DNA of 64,000 nucleotides from Alphaproteobacteria bacterium. Its GTDB lineage: Bacteria > Pseudomonadota > Alphaproteobacteria > UBA828. Positions 37,883-46,874 of the stretch are shown in pieces. Every line of letters begins with the position of its first letter. Within the stretch, counting starts at the first letter, position 1. The notes below the pieces were generated by a model. That model was not told where the DNA came from, searched no databases, and saw nothing but the letters and a program-made list of their open reading frames with translations. The DNA lies in contig CBDEFM010000001.1 in NCBI GenBank assembly GCA_965237415.1, positions 60,158-124,157 of the forward strand, in the 5' to 3' direction. The translations under genes were made by a program, and so were the position numbers.

Positions 37883-38275
37883 CTAAAACTTCCGATACAC
37901 CCCGTTGAGGTCGGCCATGGGGTGGCGGGGCGACATCTGGAACTTCACCAGCAGCTCGCGGGCGAGCATGTCGCGGTCCTGCTGATTGTCGGGCAGCTCC
38001 AGGTTCTCCGGCACCGAGACCCAGCCGTTGATATTGCGGTCGAACACCGCCGGCCGGCCTTCCTCGTAGCCCATGTGGACGTCTTCCAGCCAGTTCAGGT
38101 CGGTCCAGCCCATGGTCTCGATATAGCGCTTGAGGAAGGGCGTGAGCCGCTGGTAATCCGGTACCAGGTTCACATCGTAGCGATAGCCGATGTGCTGGCC
38201 GATCTCCTTCTCGCGCTCGCTGTCGAGGCCGCTCTGGCTCAGGTAGTAGTCGACGTCGCCGGTCTTATCGCTCAT
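37883..38275 (-). CDS. hypothetical 130-aa soluble protein, last gene of the leftward operon
   Basis: ORF 37883..38449 trimmed to ATG 38275 (MSDKTGDVDYYLSQ...), 17 nt after the upstream stop, with GGAGA as SD. No TM segment or signal peptide. No family recognised. Confidence 0.6.
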   Translation of the reverse strand: MSDKTGDVDYYLSQSGLDSEREKEIGQHIGYRYDVNLVPDYQRLTPFLKRYIETMGWTDLNWLEDVHMGYEEGRPAVFDRNINGWVSVPENLELPDNQQDRDMLARELLVKFQMSPRHPMADLNGVYRKF

Positions 38276-38292
38276 GGCGCATCTCCGGGCTG

Positions 38293-39660
38293 CTAGTAGC
38301 GGTTCATGTCGGGGCGGCCGACGGTGTGCTGGGAGCCCGCGAGCGGCACCTGGGCCATGGCGGAGGCCTCCATGGTGAGCGCGGCGAGGTCCTCCGGCTC
38401 CAGGCTGTGGACATCGGTCTTGCCGCAGGCGCGCGCCATCATCTGGCACTCCAGCGTCAGCGTGTGGAGGAAGTTGTAGACACGCTCCGCCGCCTCGTCG
38501 GGGTCGAGCCTCTTGCGCAGCTCCGGGTCCTGAGTGGCGACGCCCACAGGGCAGCGCCCGGTGTGGCAGTGATAGCAGTAGCCGGCCTCGACCCCGATCT
38601 CGGACTCGTAGTCGGCCTCCGGAATGTCCTTGTTGCAGTTGAGCGCCATCATCACCGAATGCCCGATGGCGACCGCGTCGGCACCCAGCGCGAGCGCCTT
38701 GGCGATGTCGCCGCCGTTGCGGACCCCGCCGGCGTAGACGAGGCTGATGCTTCCGGTGGCGCCGAGGTCGTCCAGCGCCTTGCGCGCCTGGCGGATCGCC
38801 GCGATGCCGGGCACGCCGGTCTCTTCGGTCGCGAGATGCGGGCCGGCGCCGGTCGAGCCCTCCATCCCGTCGATGTAGATGCTGTCCGGGCCGGTCTTGA
38901 TCGCCATGCGCACGTCGTCATAGACGCGCGCCGCGCCGAGCTTGAGCTGGATCGGAATCTCGCTGTTGGTTGCTTCGCGGATCTCGTTGATCTTGAGCGA
39001 GAGGTCGTCCGGCCCCAGCCAGTCGGGATGGCGCGCCGGCGAGCGCTGGTCGATGCCGGCCGGCAGCGAGCGCATCTCGGCCACCTGGTCGGTCACCTTC
39101 TGCCCCATCAGATGGCCGCCGAGCCCGACCTTGCAGCCCTGGCCGATGAAGAACTCGCACGCATCGGCGAGCCTCAGATGGTGAGGGTTGAAGCCGTAGC
39201 GGGACTGGATGCACTGGTAGAGCCACTTCTCGGAGTAGCGGCGCTCGTCGGGGATCATGCCGCCTTCGCCGGAGCACGTGGCGGTGCCGGCCATGGTGGC
39301 GCCGCGCGCGAGCGCGGTCTTGGCCTCATACGAGAGCGCGCCGAAGCTCATGCCGGTGACATAGACCGGGATGTCGAGCACCAGCGGGCGCTTGGCATTG
39401 GGCCCGATCACCGTCGTCGTTGTGCACTTCTCGCGGTAGCCCTCGATGACGAAGCGCGTGAGCGTGCCCGGCAGGAAGGTCAGATCGTCGAAGGTCGGGA
39501 TGTTCTTGAAGAGCGAGAAGCCGCGCATCCGGTAGCGGCCGAGCTCCGCCTTGATGTGGATGTCGTCGATCACCTCGGGCGAAAAGATGCTGCTTCGCCC
39601 CAGAATATGCCGGTTGCGGCTGGGCCGGTTGGCGACGGCTTCGCGTCTGTCGCTGGCCAT
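38293..39660 (-). CDS. FMN-binding glutamate-synthase-family protein (GltB FMN domain; MgsC-like)
   Basis: 455 aa. GEGGMIPDE, GGHLMGQKV, GSTGAGP, CYHCHTGRCPVGVATQDPELR, typical of the stand-alone GltS FMN domain. Confidence 0.85.
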   Translation of the reverse strand: MASDRREAVANRPSRNRHILGRSSIFSPEVIDDIHIKAELGRYRMRGFSLFKNIPTFDDLTFLPGTLTRFVIEGYREKCTTTTVIGPNAKRPLVLDIPVYVTGMSFGALSYEAKTALARGATMAGTATCSGEGGMIPDERRYSEKWLYQCIQSRYGFNPHHLRLADACEFFIGQGCKVGLGGHLMGQKVTDQVAEMRSLPAGIDQRSPARHPDWLGPDDLSLKINEIREATNSEIPIQLKLGAARVYDDVRMAIKTGPDSIYIDGMEGSTGAGPHLATEETGVPGIAAIRQARKALDDLGATGSISLVYAGGVRNGGDIAKALALGADAVAIGHSVMMALNCNKDIPEADYESEIGVEAGYCYHCHTGRCPVGVATQDPELRKRLDPDEAAERVYNFLHTLTLECQMMARACGKTDVHSLEPEDLAALTMEASAMAQVPLAGSQHTVGRPDMNRY

Positions 39661-39698
39661 GGCGGACTCCTTGCAGGGTAGCGAGAGGCCGCGCTCGC

Positions 39699-40550
39699 TC
39701 AGAGCGCGATCTTCTTCTCGGCCGGCTCGAGGTTGTCGTAGTTCCAGAGCTGCTTGCCGGCGACGATCTTGGTCAGGTTGCCGACGCCGTTCGGCGCCTC
39801 CATCCCGTAGGCCGCGAGCTTTCGCTCGAGCCAGCCCGCCTCGACATCGGTGATCTCGCCGGGCACGGCATCGACGCCGAGGGAGGCGATGGTGCCGCCG
39901 ACGAAGATCGTGCCGTCATAGAGCGAATCGCCGAGGTTGGGGCCGGCGTTGCCGAGGATGACGATGCGTCCGCGCTGCATCATGAAGCCGGTGAATGCGC
40001 CAGCACGGCCGCCGATGAGGATGGTGCCGCCCTTCATGTCGATGCCGGTGCGGGAGCCCACATCGCCCTTGCAGACGAGGTCGCCGCCGCGCAGTGCTGC
40101 GCCGAAGGTGGAGCCCGCGTTCTTCTCGATGACCACGACGCCCGCCATCATGTTCTCGGCGCAGGACCAGCCGACGCGGCCCTCGATGTGGACGTTGGGG
40201 CCGTCGATCAGCCCGCAGCCGAAGTAGCCGAGGCTGCCCTCGAAATCGAGCTTCAGCCGATTGAGGATGCCGACGCCGAGGGAATGCTTGGCCAGCGGGT
40301 TCTGGACCACGATGTGGCCGTAGCCCTCGCCCATCAGCTCTCGGATACGGAGGTTGACGGCGGGCCCCTCCATCTCCGCCGCGTCGATCGTCGCCTTCTT
40401 GGTGAAATCGACGTCGAAGCCTTCGGGATAGGTGTAGTTGTCGCCCTCTTCGGGGGAGAAGAAGACCTGCTGGGTGCGGCCGGCGAGCTGCTCCGCGTGC
40501 AGCCCCATGTCATGGGATTTGTGCCGGTCGGCGGGGCTCAGTTCTGCCAT
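39699..40550 (-). CDS. GXGXG-motif protein (GltB C-terminal domain / FwdC-like; MgsB-like)
   Basis: 283 aa. Repeated beta-helix glycine motifs: GSLGYFGCGLIDGPNVHIEGRVGWS, GGDLVCKGDVGSRTG, GGTILIGGRAG, GRIVILGNAG. About 70-aa N-terminal extension. Confidence 0.8.
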   Translation of the reverse strand: MAELSPADRHKSHDMGLHAEQLAGRTQQVFFSPEEGDNYTYPEGFDVDFTKKATIDAAEMEGPAVNLRIRELMGEGYGHIVVQNPLAKHSLGVGILNRLKLDFEGSLGYFGCGLIDGPNVHIEGRVGWSCAENMMAGVVVIEKNAGSTFGAALRGGDLVCKGDVGSRTGIDMKGGTILIGGRAGAFTGFMMQRGRIVILGNAGPNLGDSLYDGTIFVGGTIASLGVDAVPGEITDVEAGWLERKLAAYGMEAPNGVGNLTKIVAGKQLWNYDNLEPAEKKIAL

Positions 40551-41494
40551 ACCTTGACCTCCCCCTCGTAGGGGTCCCAGGTGTCGATCTCGTCGGGCAT
40601 GATGCCGCGAATGGCCACCTCCTCGGAGGCGAGGCCCACAAAATCGTCGCTCTCGTAGAGCACCATGGGCTTGGCCGCCATCATGTCCTTGGCCATGCCC
40701 AGGCTATCCGCCGTCGCCACCAGATAGGTGAAGACGCCGTCGAGCTCGCTCACCGAGCGAACCATCGCCTCCTTGAGCATGTCGCCGTGTTCGATGCGGT
40801 CGGCGAGGTAGACGGCGATCAGCTCTGAATCGCAGTTCGACATGAAGCGATGGCCCCGGTGCTCCAGCGCCCGGCGGAACTTCCAGTAATTCGTAAGCTG
40901 GCCGTTGTGGACCAAGGCGATATCGTTGAAGGGATAGGCCCAGTAGGGATGGGCCGAGCGGATATCGACGTCGGATTCCGTCGCCATCCGGGTGTGGCCG
41001 ATGGCGTGGGTGCCCTGGAACCCGGCGAGGCTGTACTGCTCGCTCACGATGCTGGCGTCGCCGAGGTCCTTGATCAGCTCCAGCGCGTGGCCGAGGGAGA
41101 GGATCTCCGCCCCCTCGACATCCTCGATGTAGTCGGCGAAGCGCTTGAGCCGCTGCTGGCCGCCATCGTCGTCACCGGGGAAGCGCAGGCGGTAGCGGAA
41201 CGCATATTCGGTGGCCGCGTCCTCGTCGAGGATCTCCACCTCCATGCTGCGGATGCGCGCATCCACCTCCGCCTTGCGATCCTTGATCTGCTGGTGGATT
41301 TCGAAGCCTTTGCCGATGTCCTCCTGCTCCGCCACCTTGAAGCGCATCACATGGTTGTTCTCGACCGGAACGCCGTAGAAGGCGAAGCCGGTGGAATCCG
41401 GCCCCCGATGCTTCAGGGCCTGGAGCATCGTGGTCATCTCCGCCCCGATGTCGCCGCTCGATCCGCGGTGGATCAGTCCTGCTATCCCGCACAT
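40538..41494 (-). CDS. class-II (Ntn) glutamine amidotransferase-like protein (MgsA-like)
   Basis: Trimmed to ATG 41494 so that the protein starts MCGIAGL (catalytic Cys2). RHRGPDSTG and HTRMATES motifs. 318 aa. Confidence 0.82.
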   Translation of the reverse strand: MCGIAGLIHRGSSGDIGAEMTTMLQALKHRGPDSTGFAFYGVPVENNHVMRFKVAEQEDIGKGFEIHQQIKDRKAEVDARIRSMEVEILDEDAATEYAFRYRLRFPGDDDGGQQRLKRFADYIEDVEGAEILSLGHALELIKDLGDASIVSEQYSLAGFQGTHAIGHTRMATESDVDIRSAHPYWAYPFNDIALVHNGQLTNYWKFRRALEHRGHRFMSNCDSELIAVYLADRIEHGDMLKEAMVRSVSELDGVFTYLVATADSLGMAKDMMAAKPMVLYESDDFVGLASEEVAIRGIMPDEIDTWDPYEGEVKVWQN

Positions 41495-41517
41495 GGGCGC
41501 CTCGTCTTTCGATTTGG

Positions 41518-42987
41518 TTAGGGCAGGCAGTCGAGATAGGTCTCGACGTCCCACTCGGTGACGGTGGACATGAAGCGTTCCCACTCGTCGCGCTTGTAGT
41601 GCAAGAAGACGCGGAGCATCTCGTCCGGCAGCGCGGAGTTGATCACCTCGTCTCTCTCCAGCGCGTCGAGCGCCTCGCCAAGCGACATCGGCAGCTTCTT
41701 CACCTGCTTGCCGGCCTCCATGGCCTGGTAGATATTGCGCTCCTCTGGCTCGCCTGGGTCCAGATTGCGCGTGATCCCGTCGTCGAAGGCCTTGAGAATC
41801 GTGCCGGCCATCAGGTACGGATTAACCATCGAATCGACCGAGCGGTACTCGAAGCGCCCCGGCGCCGAGACGCGCAAGGCGCAGGTCCGGTTCTGGTAGC
41901 CCCAGTCGGCGAAGACCGGCGCCCAGAAGCCGGTATCCCACAGCCGGCGGTAGGAGTTCACGGTCGACGAGCCGAGGGCGGTGAGAGCCGCAAGATGCTC
42001 CATCACCCCGCCGATGCAGTTGAGGCCGACCGGCCCGGGCTTGTGGGAGTCGAGGGACGGGTCCGGCATGAACAGGTTCTCGCCGCCCTTCCAATAGCTG
42101 AAGGTGTCGTCCATGCCGGCGACCGGGTCCTGATGGAGCGTGTTGACCCGCTGCTCGCCACCCTTCCAGAGCGAGACGTTGTGATGGCAGCCGCTCGCCG
42201 AGACCCCCATGAAGGGCTTCGACATGAAGCAGGCGATGACGCCGTGCTCGCGGGCCACCTGGGCGCAGATCTGGCGATAGGTGGTGAGCCGGTCGGCGGT
42301 CCTGAGCGCGTCGTCGAAGGTGAAGTTGAGCTCGAGCTGTCCGGGCGCGTCCTCGTGGTCGCCCTGAATCATGTCGAAGCCCATGGCCTGGGAATACTCG
42401 ATCACCCGCATGAAGATCGGCCTGAGCTCCTCGAACTGGTCGATGTGGTAGCAGTTGGGCTTGGTGACGCCGCCGTCGGTCTTGCCGTCCGCGCCGCGCT
42501 TGAGCCACATCATCTCGGGCTCGGTGCCGTGGCGCATCTGCATCCCGTGCTTGGCCTGGAACTCCTCGTGAAGGATCCGCAGATTGCCGCGGCAATCGGA
42601 AGTCAGGTGCCCGCCCGGGTTCTCCCGCTCCTCCCGGTTGCGGAAGCAGGTGCAGAAGACGCGCGCGACGCGCTTGTCCCAGGGCAGCTGCACGAAGGTC
42701 TCGGGGTCGGGGATGCCGACCAGCTCGGATGCTTCCGGCCCGTAGCCGATGTAGTTGGAGTGGCGGTCGGTGAAGAGGTTGGCTGTCGAGCCGTAGACGA
42801 GCTGGAAGCCGCGCTCGGCGATCTGTTCCCAGTGATCGGCGGGGATGCCCTTGCCGACGATCCGCCCGGTGACGGAAACGAACTGATAGTAGATGTAGGT
42901 AACGCCGAGATCGTCGATCTTGGCGCGCACCTGCCGCACCAGCTCGTCGCGTCCCTCCCTGTTCACATGGGCTTCAAGATCGGTCAT
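41518..42987 (-). CDS. glutamine-synthetase-family ligase (gamma-glutamyl-alkylamide synthetase candidate, GmaS/GlnT-like)
   Basis: 489 aa. GS beta-grasp N-domain (YIYYQFVSVTGRIVGKGIP) and catalytic-domain motifs GTEPEMMWL, DHEDAPGQLELNF, SKPFMGVSASGCHHNVSLW, NSYRRL. Confidence 0.82.
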   Translation of the reverse strand: MTDLEAHVNREGRDELVRQVRAKIDDLGVTYIYYQFVSVTGRIVGKGIPADHWEQIAERGFQLVYGSTANLFTDRHSNYIGYGPEASELVGIPDPETFVQLPWDKRVARVFCTCFRNREERENPGGHLTSDCRGNLRILHEEFQAKHGMQMRHGTEPEMMWLKRGADGKTDGGVTKPNCYHIDQFEELRPIFMRVIEYSQAMGFDMIQGDHEDAPGQLELNFTFDDALRTADRLTTYRQICAQVAREHGVIACFMSKPFMGVSASGCHHNVSLWKGGEQRVNTLHQDPVAGMDDTFSYWKGGENLFMPDPSLDSHKPGPVGLNCIGGVMEHLAALTALGSSTVNSYRRLWDTGFWAPVFADWGYQNRTCALRVSAPGRFEYRSVDSMVNPYLMAGTILKAFDDGITRNLDPGEPEERNIYQAMEAGKQVKKLPMSLGEALDALERDEVINSALPDEMLRVFLHYKRDEWERFMSTVTEWDVETYLDCLP

Positions 42988-43020
42988 CTCCGCATCCTCC
43001 CCGGCGATCGGCGGGTCTCG

Positions 43021-44364
43021 TCAGCTCCACGGGAAGGGGCTGTTGGAGACCGGGTGAAGGCGACCCTCCGCAAAGCGTGAGAAGCGGAAGGGCTCGAGCA
43101 GGGCGCTCTCGCGGCCCATCAGCTCGTCCGCAACCAGCTTGCCGACGGCGAGCATCTTGTAGCCGTGGTTCGAATCGGCGATCACGTAGCAGTTCTCGCG
43201 GAAGCGGTCGAACACGGGGAAGCTGTCGGCGGTGAACGCACCGATTCCGCCGGAGGGCTCATCGAGCCAGCGCCCGATCTGACCCTTATAGCGGCTCTGG
43301 CAGAGGGCGAGCGCCGAGCACCACATCTCCCTGAACTCGTCGTCGACGACGAATTCCGGCGATTCCGGCCCGTAGGGGTCGATCGCCACGTCGGGCACCG
43401 GGGTCTCCACCTTGTAGGGGGCGGCACCGCCCTGGATGCCGCCGAAGTTGAAGTCCGGCTTGTAGTAGATGCCCCACATCTTGTCGGTGATCAGCCTGCC
43501 GTCCACGTCGGAGTAAAGCGGCTCGTCGGAATCGACGTGGATGACCGGCGGCATCGACCCGTCGTCGGCCATGCCGAAGGAGGGCTCGACGGCGAGCGTG
43601 CCTTCCTGAAGGCACCAGAAACGCCACATATCGACATCGGGGTGGAGCGTGCCTTCCAGGTCCTTGACGTCGATCCGATCCGGCAGATCGAGCATGTCCC
43701 AGATGCGCGGCACCCAGGGGCCGGCCGCGACGACGACCTGATCGACGCCGATGCTTCCCTGGTCGGTCTCTACCGAGGTCACCGCCTTGGAGTTGGCGCC
43801 GAAGCCGAAGCCCTTGACCTCGACCCCGGTGAGGATGCGGACGCCGGCGCCCCTCGCCTTGTCCGCAAGGCCTAGCATCGAGGCCCGGTTGTTGGCGTAT
43901 CCGCCCTTCTTCTCGTGCAGGATGGAGGTGATGCCCGGCGCCTGCCAGTCGCCGAACAGGCGCCGCATGTACGCCGTACAGTCGGCCTCGCCCTCGATGA
44001 ATTCGGACTCGTAGCCGATCGCCCGCTGCTGCTGCGCGATCTCGGCGACATCGGCATGCATGCTCTCGGGGCTGATCTGCATGTAGCCCACGGAATGGTA
44101 GTGATAGGCCTTGGGATCGCTCTCCCAAGCCTCCACGCAGGCCGCCATCAGCTCGCGCATCGCCGGCTGGAAGTAGTTGTTGCGGACGACGCCGCAGGCG
44201 ATGCCGGAGGCGCCGGCCGCGATGTCGCTCTTGTCCACAATCGCGATGTCGGCACCGCTGCCGTTGCCCTGCGCCTTCAGCCCAAGCGCGAGGTGGTAGG
44301 CGGTGCTGAGGCCGTGGATTCCGGCCCCGATGATCAGATATTTGACGTGCCCCGGAAGCGTCAT
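43021..44364 (-). CDS. FAD-dependent oxidoreductase (DAO family, sarcosine-oxidase-beta-like)
   Basis: ORF trimmed to ATG 44364. KYLIIGAGIHGLSTAYHLA (GxGxxG). 447 aa, single subunit. No SoxA/D/G-like partners nearby. Confidence 0.82.
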   Translation of the reverse strand: MTLPGHVKYLIIGAGIHGLSTAYHLALGLKAQGNGSGADIAIVDKSDIAAGASGIACGVVRNNYFQPAMRELMAACVEAWESDPKAYHYHSVGYMQISPESMHADVAEIAQQQRAIGYESEFIEGEADCTAYMRRLFGDWQAPGITSILHEKKGGYANNRASMLGLADKARGAGVRILTGVEVKGFGFGANSKAVTSVETDQGSIGVDQVVVAAGPWVPRIWDMLDLPDRIDVKDLEGTLHPDVDMWRFWCLQEGTLAVEPSFGMADDGSMPPVIHVDSDEPLYSDVDGRLITDKMWGIYYKPDFNFGGIQGGAAPYKVETPVPDVAIDPYGPESPEFVVDDEFREMWCSALALCQSRYKGQIGRWLDEPSGGIGAFTADSFPVFDRFRENCYVIADSNHGYKMLAVGKLVADELMGRESALLEPFRFSRFAEGRLHPVSNSPFPWS

Positions 44365-44432
44365 CTGTGCGCTCTCTACCGCCGTAGATCGGCCGATTGT
44401 CGGGGGCGCACTCAAGCGGGCACCCTCACATT

Positions 44433-44472
44433 TGTCAAGCCAATTATGGTCCGACCGGATCGACCAATTATG
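44433..44472. promoter_or_regulatory. divergent control region: FadR/GntR-type operator core plus direct repeats and a -35 box
   Basis: TGGTCCGACC at 44447-44456 matches the core of the E. coli FadR operator as I recall it. CCAATTATG occurs at 44440 and 44464. A perfect TTGACA on the minus strand (complement of 44433-44438) faces the leftward operon. Confidence 0.45.
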
Positions 44473-44612
44473 AACCAATATGAATGAATGGTTGAACGTT
44501 GCGTCGAAATTGATTAAAGCAATAAGGTCCACCGACCGGCTTCGTGACGTATGCCGTCGTTGCGAGGGCGATTGGGCCAGGGGTTGTCAGGCGGAGCGGA
44601 GTGGAGCGAAGC

Positions 44613-45353
44613 ATGCGACAGGCTGGCGCGATGGAGGCAGGAAGCATACGGCCCGGCGGCGAAAATATCGGTACGCCGCGGACAGCCGATTCGGCAGCAG
44701 ACGCGATCACGGCCCAGCTCGCGCAACGAATCCTCGACGGCTCTTTCGCGATGGGCGACCGCCTGCCGCCGGAGCGGAGCCTCGCCGAATCCTTCTCGGC
44801 TTCACGCGGCACGGTGCGCGAGGCCCTGCGTTCGCTGTCGGCACGCGGGCTGGTGGCGCGCCGGGTGGGTAGCGGCACCTTCGTCATCTACGAGCCGGAC
44901 GTCGGTGAGACCGATGTCTCCGAAATCACCTCGCCGCTCGAGCTGGTCGAGGTCCGGGCCGCTATCGAACCGCAGATGGCCAGGCTTGCCGTGCTCAACG
45001 CCACGGCGCGCGACATGGCTGCACTGGAGCGCGCGGTCGCCGAGATGGAAGGCGTGGCGGACGCCGAGAGATTCTCGCTCGCCGACGAGATGTTCCACTT
45101 GCGGCTGGCGGAGGCCACCCACAATCCCCTGATCGTCGAAATCTATCACCGCATCAACCACGTCCGCGCCCACCAGCAGTGGGACTCGATCAAGGACAAG
45201 ATCCTCACGCCCGCGCAGATCTCCGCCTACAACGCCGAGCATCGCGCCCTTCTCGCGGCGCTCTCCCGCCGCGATGCCGACCGTGCGGTGGAAGTCGTCT
45301 CCGCCCACATGGAGCGCGCCCGCGCCGATCTGCTGGCCAGCACCGGCGGCTGA
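44613..45353 (+). CDS. GntR-family regulator, FadR subfamily (FCD C-terminal domain)
   Basis: ATG 44613 with GGAG upstream (44631 is an alternative). HTH RLPPERSLAESFSASRGTVREALRSLSARGLV. C-terminal helical FCD-like domain. Confidence 0.88.
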   Translation: MRQAGAMEAGSIRPGGENIGTPRTADSAADAITAQLAQRILDGSFAMGDRLPPERSLAESFSASRGTVREALRSLSARGLVARRVGSGTFVIYEPDVGETDVSEITSPLELVEVRAAIEPQMARLAVLNATARDMAALERAVAEMEGVADAERFSLADEMFHLRLAEATHNPLIVEIYHRINHVRAHQQWDSIKDKILTPAQISAYNAEHRALLAALSRRDADRAVEVVSAHMERARADLLASTGG

Positions 45354-45557
45354 ACCGCCCCGCCAACAACGGGCGCGGATACTGCGGGGCATCCCCGGGC
45401 AATTTCGGGATGAGCCTTCGCGGCGATTGTGTTTAGATTGGCAGGATGATCGCCTCCGTAACGATTCGGAGAGCGCTTGGCGCGTCATGACCGTTAGTTG
45501 CCGCCTGCACGGGGCTGGACGCGGGCCCCACCGCGCGGCGCCACAGGGGAGACGACC

Positions 45558-46751
45558 ATGAACGAGGACAAACTTCTCAAGCAGATGCTAAAGCGCGACC
45601 CGGTGCGCGGCGCGGCCGCCACCAGGCGTCAGGTGCTCCAGGGGATCGGCGCCGGCGCGCTCGCGCTGGGCGCGGGCAGCGCCCTCACGGGACGGGCGCA
45701 GGCTGCCGACAACCTCGCGATGCTGACCTGGGACGGCTACGTGGATCCGCGCGTGCTCGACGGCTTCACCGACCAGTACGGAACCGGCATCGACTACGAG
45801 CTGCACACCTCGGACCCGGATTCGGTCAACAAGCTCCGTGCCGGCGAGACCAAGATCTGGGACATCATCAACCTGAATAACCCGTGGGCGCGTGAGATTA
45901 TGTGGCCGGAAGGGCTCATCATCGAGCTCGACCGCGCCCGCTTCGATCCCTACTTCGAGGCGATGCTGCCGATGTTCCAGCCGCCCTACAAATGGGCGAT
46001 GAGCCTCGACAACGAGCATCTGCTGGGGGTCTGCCAGCGGGTCGACACCTTCGACTTCGTGGTCAACACCGATATCGTCTCGGCCGATATGGCGAAGGAC
46101 GAGGGCTGGGATCTCTTCAACAATCCCGACATGGCCGGCCGCTACGGCATCCTCGCCTACGACAACTGGAACATCATGCACATCTGCATGGCCGCCGGCC
46201 TGCATCCGTTCAAGGAGAAGACCGACGACCAGGTCGCCACCTTCGAGGAGGCGGCGCGGCGTCTCATCAACGGCGCGAAGATGATCTCGGACGATTTCGT
46301 CGCCGTGAACCTCGCCGTGGTCAACGGCGAGATCGACATGTACTTCGGCGGCGGCACCTATTCGATCTCGTCAGCCCGGCTCGACGGGCTCACCAACCTC
46401 TACCACGTGGTGCCGAAGAGCGGCCCGGCCGACGGCAAGGGCGGGATCAACTGGATCGAGCTCAACTCGGTGGTTAACAATCCCGACCTTCATCCCCAGG
46501 CCATGGACTGGATGGAATACATCCTCCAGCCCGACACCTCCTACGCGGTCGCGACCGCCGGCGGCTTCCTGCTCCCGGTGGGGCAGATGGCACAGCCGGA
46601 GCTGCTCGACAAGTTCTCGGCGGAGGAGCTCGACTCCTTCCAGTGGGACGAGTTCGACTACCGCATCTCGCACTCCGTCGAGTACGACGTGGTGCCGGAC
46701 TACAACCGGCTCTACGACATCTACACGGCGGCGCGGCGCGAGAAGTCGTAA
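45558..46751 (+). CDS. ABC importer periplasmic binding protein (PotD/PotF-like), Tat signal
   Basis: ATG 45558 after GGGGAG. Twin-arginine leader ATRRQVLQGIGAGALALGAGSALTGRAQA. Family-1 SBP body. Confidence 0.82.
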   Translation: MNEDKLLKQMLKRDPVRGAAATRRQVLQGIGAGALALGAGSALTGRAQAADNLAMLTWDGYVDPRVLDGFTDQYGTGIDYELHTSDPDSVNKLRAGETKIWDIINLNNPWAREIMWPEGLIIELDRARFDPYFEAMLPMFQPPYKWAMSLDNEHLLGVCQRVDTFDFVVNTDIVSADMAKDEGWDLFNNPDMAGRYGILAYDNWNIMHICMAAGLHPFKEKTDDQVATFEEAARRLINGAKMISDDFVAVNLAVVNGEIDMYFGGGTYSISSARLDGLTNLYHVVPKSGPADGKGGINWIELNSVVNNPDLHPQAMDWMEYILQPDTSYAVATAGGFLLPVGQMAQPELLDKFSAEELDSFQWDEFDYRISHSVEYDVVPDYNRLYDIYTAARREKS

Positions 46752-46766
46752 GCCCTGCCGGCTGCG

Positions 46767-46838
46767 GCGGGGGCGCGCGGCGGCTGACGCAGCGCGCCCC
46801 CGCTACGACCGCACGCCCGGCCGGCCCCGGCCGGGCGT
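46767..46838 (+). other. two strong GC-rich intercistronic stem-loops after the binding-protein gene
   Basis: GCGGGGGCGCGC (46767-46778) pairs with GCGCGCCCCCGC (46792-46803). ACGCCCGGCCGG (46813-46824) pairs with CCGGCCGGGCGT (46827-46838). Confidence 0.6.
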
Positions 46839-46874
46839 CAGCGCCCTTGAAAAGAGAGGATCGAAACGAGCGCC

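Noticed and set aside
37261-37908. ORFs 37261..37596 + and 37723..37908 +, whose translations contain PSPPLGAERAG.
   Set aside because: They are translations of the palindromic repeat elements. The same peptide arises wherever the element occurs, with no start context or codon bias.
45439-45453. Sigma54-like TGGCAG-N5-TCGC about 105 nt upstream of the binding-protein gene.
   Set aside because: The GG/GC spacing is correct, but the -12 element deviates from TTGC. No enhancer-binding protein gene or upstream activator sites are visible. Kept only as a weak possibility.
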